A DNA stretch of 64,000 nt from Carcharhinus amblyrhynchos (taxonomy: Eukaryota). Within the stretch, counting starts at the first letter, position 1; the number at the start of each line of letters is the position of its first letter. Below, piece by piece: positions 37,740 through 50,525 of the stretch. The DNA lies in assembly GCA_965287045.1 (NCBI GenBank), contig OZ336879.1:40362001-40426000 (forward strand), in the 5' to 3' direction. Position numbers and translations under genes: made by a program. Under the pieces are notes generated by a model. It searched no databases and had not been told where the DNA came from. It worked only from the letters and a program-made list of their open reading frames with translations.

Positions 37740-38160
37740 CTCAGAGCTGGACAGGGACAATATTGTCTGTGGCTGTAAACGTGACCATGCACTGGGCTCC
37801 TTCCAGGCTGAAGCCAGTGATATTTGTATCATCTCAAGTTGGAAAAAGGGAGGTTCAATATTCCAAACAAACTGAATGCATCTCTTTCTATTTTGCTAGG
37901 GGGAAGCAGACAGAGTCAGCATGCAGCTTCACAAGGATTGCAAGCTTCCCTATGCTTCAGGGTGTCATTGACTGCACACACATTGATTTGCACGCGCCAC
38001 ATGCCAACTCGAGAATGTACTACGACCGAAACGTATTCCGCTCCCTTCAAATTCAGCCGGATGAAACCACACTCAACACATTGTACCAGTTAATGCCAAA
38101 TGCTGCTGGCAACAGTCATGATTTCTTCATTCTGCGGCAGTACAAGGGTAGTCTTTCATA
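37740..38160 (+). pseudogene. PIF/Harbinger DDE transposase remnant (HARBI1-family)
   Basis: Peptide FTRIASFPMLQGVIDCTHIDLHAP...YYDRNVFRSLQIQ...AGNSHDFFILRQ, matching the GxIDCTH and GSxHD motifs. Frameshifted and truncated. Confidence 0.9.
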
Positions 38161-39614
38161 AATGACATGGTTCTTGCTACTGGCATGTGACCCAAGCGAA
38201 TGTGGGCAGCATTCCTGTACCAAAACCCATGCATGTGATTCAGCCTGTTGTAGTGTTGCTTAATGCTTCTGCTGCCTGGATCACCCTAATTGCAAACCAA
38301 TAAATACCATTCCAAACCACATTCACCAACACTTCTATACATTATCTTCTCTCTGGCCCTACCCATCACAGCATCTTCTTGGCCTCAATGCAAAGATAAA
38401 CATCAACACAAAATAAACATTCCAAATCAAACTTATAAACCAAACCATCCTGCATACAACCATCAAATATTCACCCTAATGACCTCCCTTCCTATCTGTG
38501 TTCCATATGCTGTGCCTGTCCTAGTGTGCAGAGGCACTGTGACTTCCCCAGTGACCGCAGCATAACTGGCGAACCTTGAATTGTAAAGACTGCAAACAGT
38601 CATGCAGGACGATGTTGAGCAGCTCTGAGGCTGAAGTGCACCATCTAAACTTTGGCAGCAGCAATCCAGACTGGCTGTTTGACAGGCGGGCATCAGCAAG
38701 AGCACTGGCACAGTGGCAGTGGTGAAAGGACAATGATTTCAACTAGAGAACGGACAGCATAGATACAGTGTCAATTCTCCCAGACACCATCCCAGCAATA
38801 TATACAGATTGTATTTACATATAAATTATTGTCATTGTTGCTATTTGGATGTGCCATCCTAGAGAAGCGACGTTGGTTCTGTGCAGCATTAAATTGCTGT
38901 CCTAACAATATGTTGGATTTGCTGGATTGCGGTGTTACCCTGCAAGCCTCTTTGAACACAGATATCCACAGCTCTGGTGGCAGCACTTTGAGCTTGTGTG
39001 GCAGCTAGTTGAACTCGCCTGGCTTCAGTTTGGTCTTTCACTGCTGCACTCGAGACATTGGCTAGATTCTTCTTGTGCTTCATTAGAAGCTAAAAAATCG
39101 GCTATGGTTCTCATGGTTTTGGTCATCACTTCCATAATGGTTAAAACTGTCACAACACTCTGCTCAAAATTCTGTGCCAAATTTGTTCTAGACTCCTCCT
39201 TAACGTAGACCACAAACTTTCTGGCAAATCTGCCAAAGGCCCAAGCATTTCACAGAATATAAAAGCAAATTTCTGTGGATGCTGGACAAAGGGTCATCTG
39301 AGGCTTGAAACATTGGCTCTGTATTTCTGCTGCCCTTGTCCTGCTGGGTGGGAGAGGTCATGGGTTTGGAAGGTGCCGTCAAAGGTGCCTTGGTGAGTTG
39401 CTGCAGGGCATAGGTAATATATATGTGAGTATGACACTTGCAGCAGTGCTAAGTGTGTAGATAAGGTGCAATTATGAATGTTAGGCATAAACTATGATTC
39501 ATAGAGATTATTGGTAGGTGAGTGATGCAGGTATGGTGCACTGAGCAACTTGTGAGGCTAATGATACAGTTGGTAGGAGGTGGCATTTATAGATCAATTA
39601 ATCTTGACACTTAT

Positions 39615-39867
39615 GGAAGGTCATTGAAACTCTTGTGACATTGCATCCCTCAAGGCTAGAATCCTAGACTTAACTAAAAAGGCCATCTAGTCCCACTGCC
39701 TTCCCAACATTTGTATGGCAGGCATTCTTGGATGGATAGATGGAATCTGTTCTGTTCTCCACCTCCTGAACCCAGGCCTCGAATGCAGTGTTAGAAAATC
39801 TGTCACTTTGTCTCTTTTCCAGATCAAACTCACTTTTTACAATGGCTTCACCACCTGCTTCAGCCAA
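39615..39867 (-). pseudogene. Harbinger Myb/SANT-like protein, first exon remnant
   Basis: RQSDRFSNTAFEAWVQEVENRTDSIYP followed (frameshifted) by MQCHKSFNDL. This matches the RFS..LE.LV.EV...R..LYP / QCRKKFNDL pattern. Confidence 0.75.
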
Positions 39868-40721
39868 AAAGCACCTCCTCTTTACAAGGTACAGGCCGAC
39901 ATTAAAATGTGTGGGCTAGTTTGAACTCACGCTAGACTGTCACAATTATGTGCTCCTAGTTATGCATGCAGCACCTCAACAATACTTTTGGTGCTGATTG
40001 AATAGTGCAATCATTTAAATGAACATGCAGTACAAAGTTTACATCCTGCCCTGCATCAGAAGCGTTGGGCATGAGTTAATTGTACATCACAATCTGCAGT
40101 TCATCTTTAGGGGTTACCTGATTTTGCAGCCGTTGATTTCTCCAAGAGTACATTAAGTGTGAAACTCTATTGTAGAGCGAGGATTGAAAATCATTACAGC
40201 TGTATCAGGTATTCAACATTTGAGTTGTAAATTGTTTTGTACACCAACCAATCACAACAGCCCAGCTATTCAGTCTCCTGCTGTACAGGGAAGAAATATA
40301 AATGAAAATATGTGTTTCACAAAATGGGAGGGATGTTGGCAATGGCAGAACACACTGGCTTGTTCTCATTAAAAGGCAGTTTAATCTCGCTGTTTTAAAT
40401 CTCCAGTGCCCTCCATCATCTCAAAAGGCAAGATGACAGATGAGGAGCACAGTAACAGGTGATTATCATCAAACTTCCAGCAATTAAATCCATAAGAGCA
40501 TTCACTCAGTTACAGATAGCCATCATTTAGTCAATAAATGAACAAGAAGATGAATCTTTTTCATGGATTTTCCACATGGGTATAGGTTGAAACTGAAGGA
40601 TACAATATGACATAGTTTGATAAACAAATGAGCTCAAACATTCAATAGAAAATCCAACTTAACACAACATCCTAAGCACCAAAGTCCATAACAGTTCAAA
40701 GACTCCAGCTACTCATGTTTC

Positions 40722-41013
40722 TTTTCATTCGCTCAGGAGCTGTGGGCATTGCTGCCTGGGGTAACATTTATTGCCCTGTCCTGCCCTCCATTTCTTCGTA
40801 AAGGAGATTTTCTTCCTTAAAGGAGATTAGTGAACCAGATTGATTTTTACAATAATCGACAATGGCTGCATGGCCATCATTTGACTTTTAATTCCAGTTT
40901 TTTTATTGAATTAAAATTTCACCGTCTGCCCTGGTGAGATCTGAAACCGGGTTCCTGGGTCATATCCTGGGTTTATGGATTACTAATCCAGTGACAATAC
41001 CACTATGCTTCTC
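40722..41013 (-). mobile_element. SINE of the 37041 family (internally deleted)
   Basis: Reverse complement has head gtggtattgtcactggattagtaatcca and tail gggcaataaatg. Confidence 0.8.
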
Positions 41014-41082
41014 CCTAAACTCTTTTGTCCCCCTATGATGCTATGCTTGGTGTCTAGGAGTTCCCTTTCATGCAGCAACCAA

Positions 41083-41891
41083 TGTGATGGAATGGTTTCA
41101 AAGCTTGTATGTTTTTTTGAAAATGTCCCTAGCTGAAATAGAGAACAGTTCCAGGTATCTGGGGGAAGGGTTTGTTGGCTGTGACATCCGACTTCTGAGA
41201 AAGAACCTCTAATAGGTTGTTAAGTAAAGAGAGGTAAATTGGGAGATCGGATTACAGCCTATGGTCAGAAAACCCAAGGATCTCTTGGTGGAACTGTGAG
41301 GGGGAACCAAGTGAAGAGATTAAAACTTAGAGGTCTGATGTGAGTAATAATGAAGAGCTATTTATGTATCAGAGCTGACCATCTTGTGTAAGGAGGAGTT
41401 ACTGAATGGTTGGATGAAGGTGACTCCGGGAAAGGTACACCATCAGGACTGTCATGACCCAAGTGAAGAAGGTTCCACAAAAATGTGCCCCGTCAGTGAA
41501 AATCATATTGGTGGAACTCAGATGGAGTAACGTGGTTGCTGGAGGTGAATTGATGATCTGATCCTCTGTGATGAAGAGGGGTTGAATGCTATTGGAGGAA
41601 GATGGTGTTGTGGAACACTTTGGGATTGCATTTGGTGCTACGTGTCTTCTAAAAGAGCTAACTGAAAAGGCCATGAGATTTACCTCTTTTGTATCAGGAA
41701 TTCAAAGTATAATTTATGGTTTTTCCTGAATAGAATCTGCCTGTTAATTCATGCTTACTGTATATTGATTTTTGTTTGATTATTACGAAAAGTATTTTAA
41801 AAAGTGATACTTTGTCCATTTGCTTCTTCCATTGGGGTTGTTTGGGAAATTTGGTTATTTTACCTAATTGATCTTCACGAAGACTGAAACA
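41083..41891. mobile_element. Probable solo LTR
   Basis: TGTGAT...AAACA termini and similar composition to 30300-31095. No clean TSD. Confidence 0.4.
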
Positions 41892-41971
41892 ATTTGCATG
41901 TCATTCTAGCCCCATGCACAGAATCCTAGTAAAGCTTCAAGTTTCTTCTTTGCCTGTCCAGTCACTCCTCA

Positions 41972-42128
41972 AACTGGGATTTCCTAACACCCCCGACCTT
42001 TGCATTTCCCAGTGGTAGAGACAGAATATTCTGTTCCCATCGAAGTCAATGGTCACTAGTGATGTTCACTGGTCGCACTGCCAGGACCAAAAAGTCCCGC
42101 CAGTGGGAAGAGCTGGAAAATCCTGGCC
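41972..42128. mobile_element. Short MITE
   Basis: CTGGGATTTCC ... GGAAAATCCTGGCC termini and GAAGTCAATGG core. Confidence 0.6.
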
Positions 42129-42639
42129 TCAGTCTATGAAATACAAACAAATGACAATAATGAGCAGGAAAAGACCAACCAGTCAAATCTTCCCAACAGG
42201 AAGATGGCTAGAGTTTTATGAACGAACAATTACTCCTTCCAGCTCCAACCATCCAGTTATGTAATCCGCTGGGAAAGGCAAAGAAAAAGATGGCTAATGG
42301 AGTCTTAATGTGGACAATCACTGGATACACTCAGCCCCACAGCCTCCTAATCTCTGATGTGTGGACATAATTGTAGGCCCCACTTTTACAAAATAAAATC
42401 TGTCACAGCAATAAATGTTATGAAAACTGCAAATTATTAAAAACGTAATTATAGAGACTGAATTAGTACTTCCTATATTTCCAAGTAGCAATAAAAGTTT
42501 TGATAACGGCCTTTCAAAAAGGAAATAGATGCTTGATAAATCACATTGATTTCAAAACATAAGTAATAATTTATTTAATTCTCACCCAGGAGCAAGAATT
42601 CTGTGGTATTTTCAGGAAAATGCTAAAGAAGGTAAAATG

Positions 42640-43083
42640 ACCCCGGAGGGGCCAGCGGAGGTTGGGGGGGGGGGGGGGGGTGTAGTCTGTTGGGATGATG
42701 GGGAGGGGCGTGGGGGAATCACCACATCAGGGCGCTCTGGAGCAGGGGAGGGTTCAGGGCTGACCCAGAATTGTTGTGGGGGGGGCCACAGTCAGACCAT
42801 GGGGGGGGTGGAGGGGCAACACTGAGGGGGTCCCAGACTGGCCAATGATTGAGCTGGCCAGTGAACGGGGTGAACTGACAGATCGGAGCCACTGCGCATG
42901 TGCAGAGTTCCGGAACAGAATGGTGTGAATAGACCCCACCCCCTGGGTTTTTAATGATATTCCCAATTGGGACCTCAGCATTGCACAGAGTGGGGAGATT
43001 TGGGTCTGAAGTTGCACTGAAAACCCAGTCATGACCTAGAACAGTTTTCCCACCAATTCAGCAATTTTGGGAGATTTGCCCCC
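42640..43083. mobile_element. Truncated GC-rich MITE (19065-20129 family)
   Basis: Shares attgagctggccag, gacagatcgg.gccactgc.catg.gcagag and caccaattcagca.ttttgggaga.t.gcccc with 19880-20129. Confidence 0.85.
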
Positions 43084-43778
43084 AGGGTTTTTGAACTGAT
43101 CTGTTTATGACCGGACAGAAAGCAGGCAGTAGCAAATCACTTTTCTACTGAAGTTAATCCTCAGTATGTTAAACTGACAGCTGGTCGACTAGTGTACATT
43201 CGTAGTCTGATGATAAATGTTAAAATGACCCCAATGTAGGCAGCATATGGAAAGAGAGCAAGAAAGCGGGGGATGATTATATTAGAAGACAGAGAGAAGG
43301 AGTAGAAAGCATTAAACAATAGGAAACAAATGGACTGTTGCAGGAATAGAAACACAATTTATCTTTTATTTTCCAAGAAAAGCTGCACAAGAGTTTAATT
43401 AGTTTAACTTGTGCTGTTGATAACAATTTGAAGTTATTCAATTGTAATCAGTAGTTCACCAAAGCGTTTACCTTGATAGAAGCCGATGAGAAATCCACAG
43501 GTTAAAAGACTATTTTGTCAGGTTTTGTAATAGTTCTCAGCAATCAGCATGTTTTTACTATCTGCATCACCTACAACCACCTCCAAATGCTTTTTCATCA
43601 GTTCAATTGAAAGTCAATCATATAACCCACCTAGCAATGGGAAAGAGTGATATAGGGTAAATGATCATAACTCGTGGATAGCTTCCATATACCACAACTC
43701 ATAAATCACTTATCTGTACATCATGGGGCTAATGTTGAAAATGCCCCATGGTTCACGAAATAATGACTTCCAAATAAT

Positions 43779-44723
43779 GGGAGGAATCTTCCCCAAAAAT
43801 TTCTAAAGTGTCACAACACTGATGGGAGTCCTCCACATGGGTTTTTTGGCCGAGTTTGGCACTGCAGTCTCCTGGCACTCTTGTCAGTTTTTCTGACAGC
43901 TGGGTATTTTGTGCCAACAGCTGGGGTGGGGGAACCTAAGTTTGCCAGGAAAGTTGGCTTCAGAGTGCTCAGGCACCATCATGCAGAGTGCCTCAATCTC
44001 CCAGTGAATCGGGAGACCCCCCCCCCTCCCCCATGGAAATCAGATGGCCCTCCCATCAACGAGATCATTGTTGCCACCACCCTCCCCACCAACAAGGCTC
44101 GCTGGTCCTGGGGCGTCAGGACCGTCCTGATGAGTCCCCTGGTGGAACCTGGACATGCCACCCTAGTCACAACCCCTTCTGCAGCTCCTCTGCGTGCCTC
44201 CCCCCAATGCACATTCACCCCACTACATATCCCCCTGCATGCCCCCTTTGCAGAGCTTCTCACTGCATACCACCCCCATTGCAAAGCTCCCCTCGGCATG
44301 TCACCCCCACTCAGGCCCACCTACCAGCCCCTTGGTATTGCCCTGGAAAACTATTGTGCCAAACTGCCAGAGTGCCAGTTTGGCACTGCCAGGGTACCAG
44401 GTAGGCACTGCCTGATGAGCACTGATCAGCCATGCCCCCCTACCATCTGGGGGCTTCAATGGCCTCCGATCTGCCCAGCACTGCCATCATGGCTAGTCTC
44501 TGCTACTGTAGAGCAGTGGTGATTCTCACTGGCATAGGGCAGAAGCAACCATGCCAAGCCAGTTAAGTGCTTTTAAATCTCATCATTTTTCTCGCTGGTA
44601 AAGAGAGGCTGGAAGGATAGTGATCTGAGTTGCTTGGCGCCAATCAGATTTTTGCCCTTCCATGTTATCTTCCTTGCTCGTCATGCTGATGAGTTGACAC
44701 TGTGAGCTGGTGAGATTGTGGCC
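43779..44723. mobile_element. 945-bp MITE with an AAT target-site duplication
   Basis: AAT|GGGAGGAATCTTCC ... GGTGAGATTGTGGCC|AAT. It accounts for the spurious 213-aa GC-rich ORF. Confidence 0.85.
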
Positions 44724-46200
44724 AATGTTTTTCAGACAATAATCTATCCAGTCCATCCATCCATTACCTGTTTTACATGTACATTATTGGACAATTGAAA
44801 ATACTTTAGCAAGAAGCTCCATCAGAAATAAACCCATGAAAAGACAGATTGCCATTATAATCAACTGTCAGAAAATGTTATAACATAAGCCATTTAGATG
44901 TGTAATTGTACATCTGCTGTCTAAACTCATGTAGAAAAGACTGATCAAATATCTTCAAATAAGACATTCACAAATTAGTGTTTTAAAGATTCAATAAAGC
45001 TTTGTTCATTTTCCATTTACAGTTGCACTGAAATCCAAACAAAACACTATTTTCCTTAAACTTTTTCATCATTAAAAAAAGCATTGCAAGTAACTTAACA
45101 ATACTAATTTACTGAAACAATCCCTGAAAATGTATCTCCCGGAGGTTGATCAGTGAATTAGTATAGCCTTTTCTCTATTGACATTTTCAGGACTAGTATA
45201 TTTACATCATTGAAGAATTCAATTTCAAGTTGCACATTTTAAACATGGAGACCCACACAGCAGTGCTCTGTACCACTGTGAGAGCTGTTGCATTAAACTC
45301 TACATCATTTGCACTTTATAGCATCCTACATATCACATCCTCTGCTTTTCTATCAAAGGACTTTTCACCAGGTTAAAATAGACCACAATAATGATGAAAC
45401 CCATTAGTTTTCTTCTGCATTATCAGAAAAAGTAGTTTCTGATGGAAAGAACTTCTGAATGGTAACTGGATGAGTCACAGTATATTTTTTTCTCTTCTGT
45501 GTCATAAAAATCACTGTGCTTTGAAAATATACGAGTCAATCATTTTCTTTTCCCTTGATCGTAGTATAATAATTCAACAACAACAGTTCCAGATAAAGCC
45601 ATTTCGATGTGCCATCTCCTTGTTTGATGCATGTATTCCAATTAGTTTTTCCACTCTCCACTATGTTTATTGGTTTCTGCAACAGAGAGTGGTAATTATG
45701 AATGTGAATTATATGGATACAGTCAAGGTTTGAGATTCTTTGGCAACTAAACTTCAGTGTATTCCATTGATATAATAGGTTTGTATGCACAACAAATCTA
45801 GGTCAAGAGATACAGCAAGAAAGGGATCAATGTGGGCTTATGAATTCAATCCTTCCACAAAGGGACAAAGGAAAAACCTGTTGCAATTTCACTATGTTGA
45901 AATAGCCTGAGAAAAGCATGAAATCCATTAGTTTTTATTGTAGAATAATCAAAGCCACTTCTCTTATTCGTGCAAAATACTTTTCCCATCAGCATTTTTT
46001 TTACTGTTTTCACAGACAGATGTACAAACAACATCACGGCCATCTGTACCTGTGTGGTTACACACGTACAAACCAATGTCAAATTTAAATTTAAACTAGA
46101 GTAAATACAGATTTGTACAGATTACTACAGATGTTTGCTGCTATCATTTGTGCTAATAAACCATTTCAAAATAATATCCATATCAAAACTTTAACAATTC

Positions 46201-46400
46201 TAGTCCAAAGATGTGTGGATTAGGTTGATTGGCCATGCTAAAAATTGCCCTTTGGAGTTCTGAGGTGCATAGGTTAGAGGGATTAGTGGATAAATATGTA
46301 GGGATATGGGTGTAGGACTTGGGTGGGATTGTGGTCAGGGCAGACTCGATGCGCCAAATGGCCTCTTTCTGCACTACAGGGTTTCAATGATTCTATGATT
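46201..46400 (+). mobile_element. HE1-type V-SINE, 3' half
   Basis: gtccaaagatgtg.gg.ttaggttgattggccatgctaaa...gggtgggattgtggtc...ctgcact..agg...attctatga. Confidence 0.9.
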
Positions 46401-46669
46401 ATCATTTATCTAGAAGGAAAAGCTTTAGTGTGACTGAAGCACTTAGGGTGTTCACATCAAACCAACTCATCCATCTGCCTGTCACTAATGAAGACTCAAT
46501 AAGGAGCACAGTTTGCTATATCACCTCTTTGCTTTGATGAACAAACTGGGGCAACAAAAGATCAATAGATCCTTTATCATAATCAATTACTGCTGTCAAT
46601 CTCAATAGACTTCAAATAGCATTCCTGGTTTAGCATGTACGAATATAGGAAAGCATTTCAGATATAATG

Positions 46670-47330
46670 GGGGGGTGATTTTGAGCCTGCATTCTCTGTC
46701 TGCAGAAATGATGGTGCAGGTTTAGAATCTGGAGAGACTCAGAAAATGCGATTTGCGCTGGCAAATTTCCGATTTCCAATTTTCCAGCCCCCTCGCTAGT
46801 GGAATGATGTGAAACATGCTACGGGACCACTAAAACCTCATTTGACTATATTAGCATGTCATTAGCAGCACTCTCTCTGGCTTTTTCCTACTCATCGGAT
46901 AATCAGCAGGCGCTGGCGTGATGTCACAGCACCATTTACAACTCTACGTAAGCATGAACCTGCCACGCTTACCTCCGTGGGGGATTTCAGAGGTGAGTGT
47001 TCAGGCAGCCAGCACCCTCAAGGGTGTTCAGTGCTCAAGGAGCACCAGAAAAAACTCAGGGTACAGAGATAAATGCATGTCAAAGCTGGGGATGGGGGTC
47101 CCAGATCATCATTTTGGAGAGAGGGGTTGGGTGGGGTTACTGGCAAGTCTTACGTTTCAATCATGTTGGGGCACCCCTTGCTTTAAAGGGACTGTGAAGG
47201 CTGGTATGCAGGCAGTGCTTCCTGTGTCCTCTGGCCTGGATTCCTGTCCATATTGCAAATGAGGGAGTGGCCAGAGGGTGGAGGGTTTGAAAACAAGAAA
47301 TTCAGGACTGGGGAGAAGGCGACACAGAGG
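46670..47330. mobile_element. Truncated GC-rich MITE
   Basis: GGGGGTGATTTT start and internal motifs like other MITEs. The right end is not found. Confidence 0.5.
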
Positions 47331-47446
47331 CTTATATGAATTCCCAGTCCTCTGGACTTTTAACCCCCTGGACAGAGAAACAAACCTGCCTTCTGACGCC
47401 CAGACAGCAACCTCCAGGGAAATACATGTCCACACAGAATTGACGA

Positions 47447-48805
47447 ATGATGACAATGAAACCATTGTTGTAAAAATCCACCTGGTTTACCACAGAAATT
47501 TACTATCCAGTGACAGATCCACAGCAATCTGGTTGACCCTTGTGCCCTCTGAAATGACCTAGCAAGCCATTCATTTGTATCAAACTGCTAAACAATCCTC
47601 AAAATAGACACCAACAACTACAAGAGCAAACCCAGACCTGTCAACCTTGCATAGTCCTTCCTACTTTTGGCTACAGCCAAAATTGGGAGGGTGTTTCGCA
47701 GATGTCAAGCAACAGCGTGACCTGGCCATACTCATGGAATCATTCCTTACAGATAATGTCCCTAACATCACCATCTCCATCACAGGATATGTGCTTTTCA
47801 ACTGGCAGAACAGACCCAGCAGAAATGGTGGCACAGTGGTATGCAGTCAAGAGGGAGTTTCTTTGGGAGTTCTCAACATTGACTTGCGTCATAATGTCAT
47901 AACATCAAACGTGACAAGGAAAGCTCCTGCTCATTATCACATACTGTCACTGCCCACACTACTACTCCTCCACCCCTTCCCCACCCCACCTTACCTCTTC
48001 CTCCCTGCAATGATGAATCAGTACTCCTCCATGTTGAACACACTTGCAAGAAACACCCAGGGTGTCAAGGGCACAAATTGTTCTGAATTGGGGCCATTAC
48101 CAAGAGTGACTCAACAGCACCAATACTAACCAAGTTGGCTGAGTCCTTAAGGGGAAAGCCGCCAAACTGGGTCTGTAGCATAGGCTGCAGAAACCAACAA
48201 GAGCAGATCAACCCTGGTTCAATGGAGAGTGTAGGAGGGCAGACCAAGAACAGCACCAGGTATACCTAAAAATGTGATGTCAACCTGAAGAAGCTACAAC
48301 ACAAGACTACTTGCACACCAAACAGCATAAGCAGCTAGTGATGGACTGAGTTAAACAATTCCACACCAGCAGATCAGGTTGGCTCTGCAGTCCTGCCACA
48401 TCCAGTTGTGAATGGTGGTGGATAATTTAACAACTCACTGGAGGAGGAAGCTCCATAAATATCCCCATCTCAATGCTGGGAGAGCCCAGCAAATCAGAGA
48501 AAAAGATAAGGTTGAAGTATTTGCAACAATATTCAGCCAGAAATGCGAAGTGGATAATTCATCTTGGCCTTCTCTGGAGATCCACAACATCACAGATGCC
48601 AGTCTTCAGCCAATTTAATTCACTCCACATGATATCAAGAAATGGTTGAAGGCACTGGATACTGCAAATATGGACTCTGATAAAATTCCAGCAATAGTAC
48701 TGAAGATTTGTCATCCAGAACTTGCTGCAGTCATAGATAAGCTCTTCCAGTACTGTTACAATATTGGCACCTACCCAGCAATGTGGGAAATTGCCTAGGT
48801 AAGTC
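47447..48805 (+). mobile_element. CR1/L2-group LINE 5' portion (SINE-like 5' region, APE endonuclease, start of RT region)
   Basis: Peptides KQQRDLAILMESFLTDNVP..GYVL..QNRPSRNGGTVV, KDKVEVFATIFSQKCEVD and DIKKWLKALDTA..DKIPAIVLK. Confidence 0.85.
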
Positions 48806-49724
48806 AAACCAACTAGGAAACATGGATCCTGCAATTCCATAATGGACTGGCTTGTGAGGTACAGCAAGCCAGACAAGGCACGCAATACAAAAATACTTTC
48901 CCTATTAGAAATATTAGTTTAACAAAATATTTTCTGAACTAGGGAAAGAGAATAGACTGCATCTGAAAAAATACACATGCATTTGCCTTAATTATTTATA
49001 GTTCCAAGGTATGGTCATGCATGATAGTGTTCCATCATGCACGCTAGTTGCTTACTTACAAGGTGTTGCTTCCAGCTTCTCTCAGAATCTCTTACCATGT
49101 GACTCTATACATCTTAGCTGATTCTGGTGGTGCCATGATTCTGTCCAGGAGACGCAGGTTTAACATTGTCTACTTCTATGCAAGCGGCTCATTTTTCTAT
49201 AAACTTGTCTTTAGCTGTTTTAAGAACTTTATGAGGATTACATTGATGTTTAGTTAAGAAAACTCCTTTATATTCAATTCACAGATCTTCGTGATTTCCG
49301 TTTGCTTTTTACCCTCTCATCATGTTCATTTTTGTTTAATTCCATTGTAACAAGTGCAATTATCTCTTCGTTTTAAAGTGTTCATTTATATTCAGAAAAG
49401 CTTCTCGAAAATGCTTCTTTGCAACTCAGTAATGTCAGTGCTGGACTCAGCTTTTTCTCCATGCTTTTAAGACATGTTTTTCCTCCTTTTTGTCATTTAC
49501 CTTTACCTTTTCTTGTTCATACTTTTTCTGAATGCTTTTAATTCAGATGGTTTTAGTTGATCTACCACTGCCATTAAATTTTCCGGAACAGCCTAATGCT
49601 CCATCATTTTATAAATTTAGCAAGCTGAGTTTCTAATTCTGTGGACATATCTTTAATCAAAACATTAATTTTAGTAGCAGCCTCGCAAAAAAGTGAAAAC
49701 AATACCTTGCTCTCATGCTGAAAT

Positions 49725-50088
49725 GGGGAGGCAAAGGCCCTATGGTATTATTGCTAGACTATTAATCCAGAAACTCAGCTGATGTTCTGGGGACCAGGGT
49801 TTGAATCCCACTACAACAAATGGTAGAATTTGAATTCAATAAAATTATCTGAAATTAAGAATTTATTGATGACCATGAATCCATTATCGTTTGTAGGAAA
49901 AACCTATCTGGCTCCTTTAGGGAAGGAAATCTGCCATTTTTATCTAGTGTGGCCCACACATGACTCCAGAGCCACAACAATGTAGTTGACTCATAACTGC
50001 CCCCTGAACAAGAGCAACTAGGGATGGGCAATAAATGCTGGCCAGCCAGCGATGCCAATATTCCACAGAAAATGAGTGAAAAAAATGA
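49725..50088 (+). mobile_element. SINE of the 37041 family, full length
   Basis: ggggaggc..tggtattattgctagactattaatccag...gggtttgaatccca...caactagggatgggcaataaatgctggccagccagcgatgcc. Confidence 0.9.
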
Positions 50089-50372
50089 ATGAACATCTCT
50101 TGTCCCTGCTGCACTGTTCCAGTACAGGCTTGTGAAATAGTGCCTCATCTTTTCTTTAGATACTTTATAACCTTCCAGACTCAACACTGAGTTCAATAAT
50201 TGCAGACTGTAACATCTGCCCCATTTGCTTCCCGTTCTTGGTATTTTTCAGTTTTCTTCTCGTTTTTTGCTTGCAGCTAATAGTGCACCTACTCTAGACA
50301 CATATTATGCCTCAATGTCCCATTTCTTGTCCCATCACCATTTACTATGGCCCTGCAAGGCTAACTCTTAAG

Positions 50373-50525
50373 GACATAGGAATTAGGAGCAAAATGGCGG
50401 AGCCTGCCCTGCCATTTTCAATCAGATCATGGCTGATCTGTCTCTGGTCTCAAATTAACCTCCCCACCTGTTCCCCACATCCCTTTTTTAAAACTAGAAA
50501 CATGCCTATCTCTTCTGAACTTCAA
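50373..50525 (-). mobile_element. CR1 LINE 3' tail
   Basis: acataggaattaggagca...tcaatcagatcatggctgatctg. Confidence 0.75.

Larger units (their letters stand above)
37730..40131. mobile_element. Decayed autonomous-type Harbinger transposon (transposase +, Myb-like gene -, convergent)
   Basis: Transposase remnant on + and Myb/SANT remnant on -. Possible terminus ...GATTTTGCAGCC at 40131. A LINE fragment is nested at about 39320-39450. Confidence 0.65.

Noticed and set aside
37733-38161. Possible host HARBI1 gene
   Set aside because: Frameshifted, truncated and embedded with a decayed Myb partner, so it is a transposon fossil.
43881-44522. Longest ORF (213 aa), Pro-rich
   Set aside because: It lies wholly within a GC-rich MITE with an AAT TSD, has overlapping ORFs in several frames and shows no domain signature.
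49165-49200. Peptide FYASGSF like the Harbinger transposase HTH region
   Set aside because: Isolated 7-aa match in AT-rich sequence with no flanking homology.
49725-49815. tRNA-like A/B boxes
   Set aside because: This is a SINE head; no complete cloverleaf is present.
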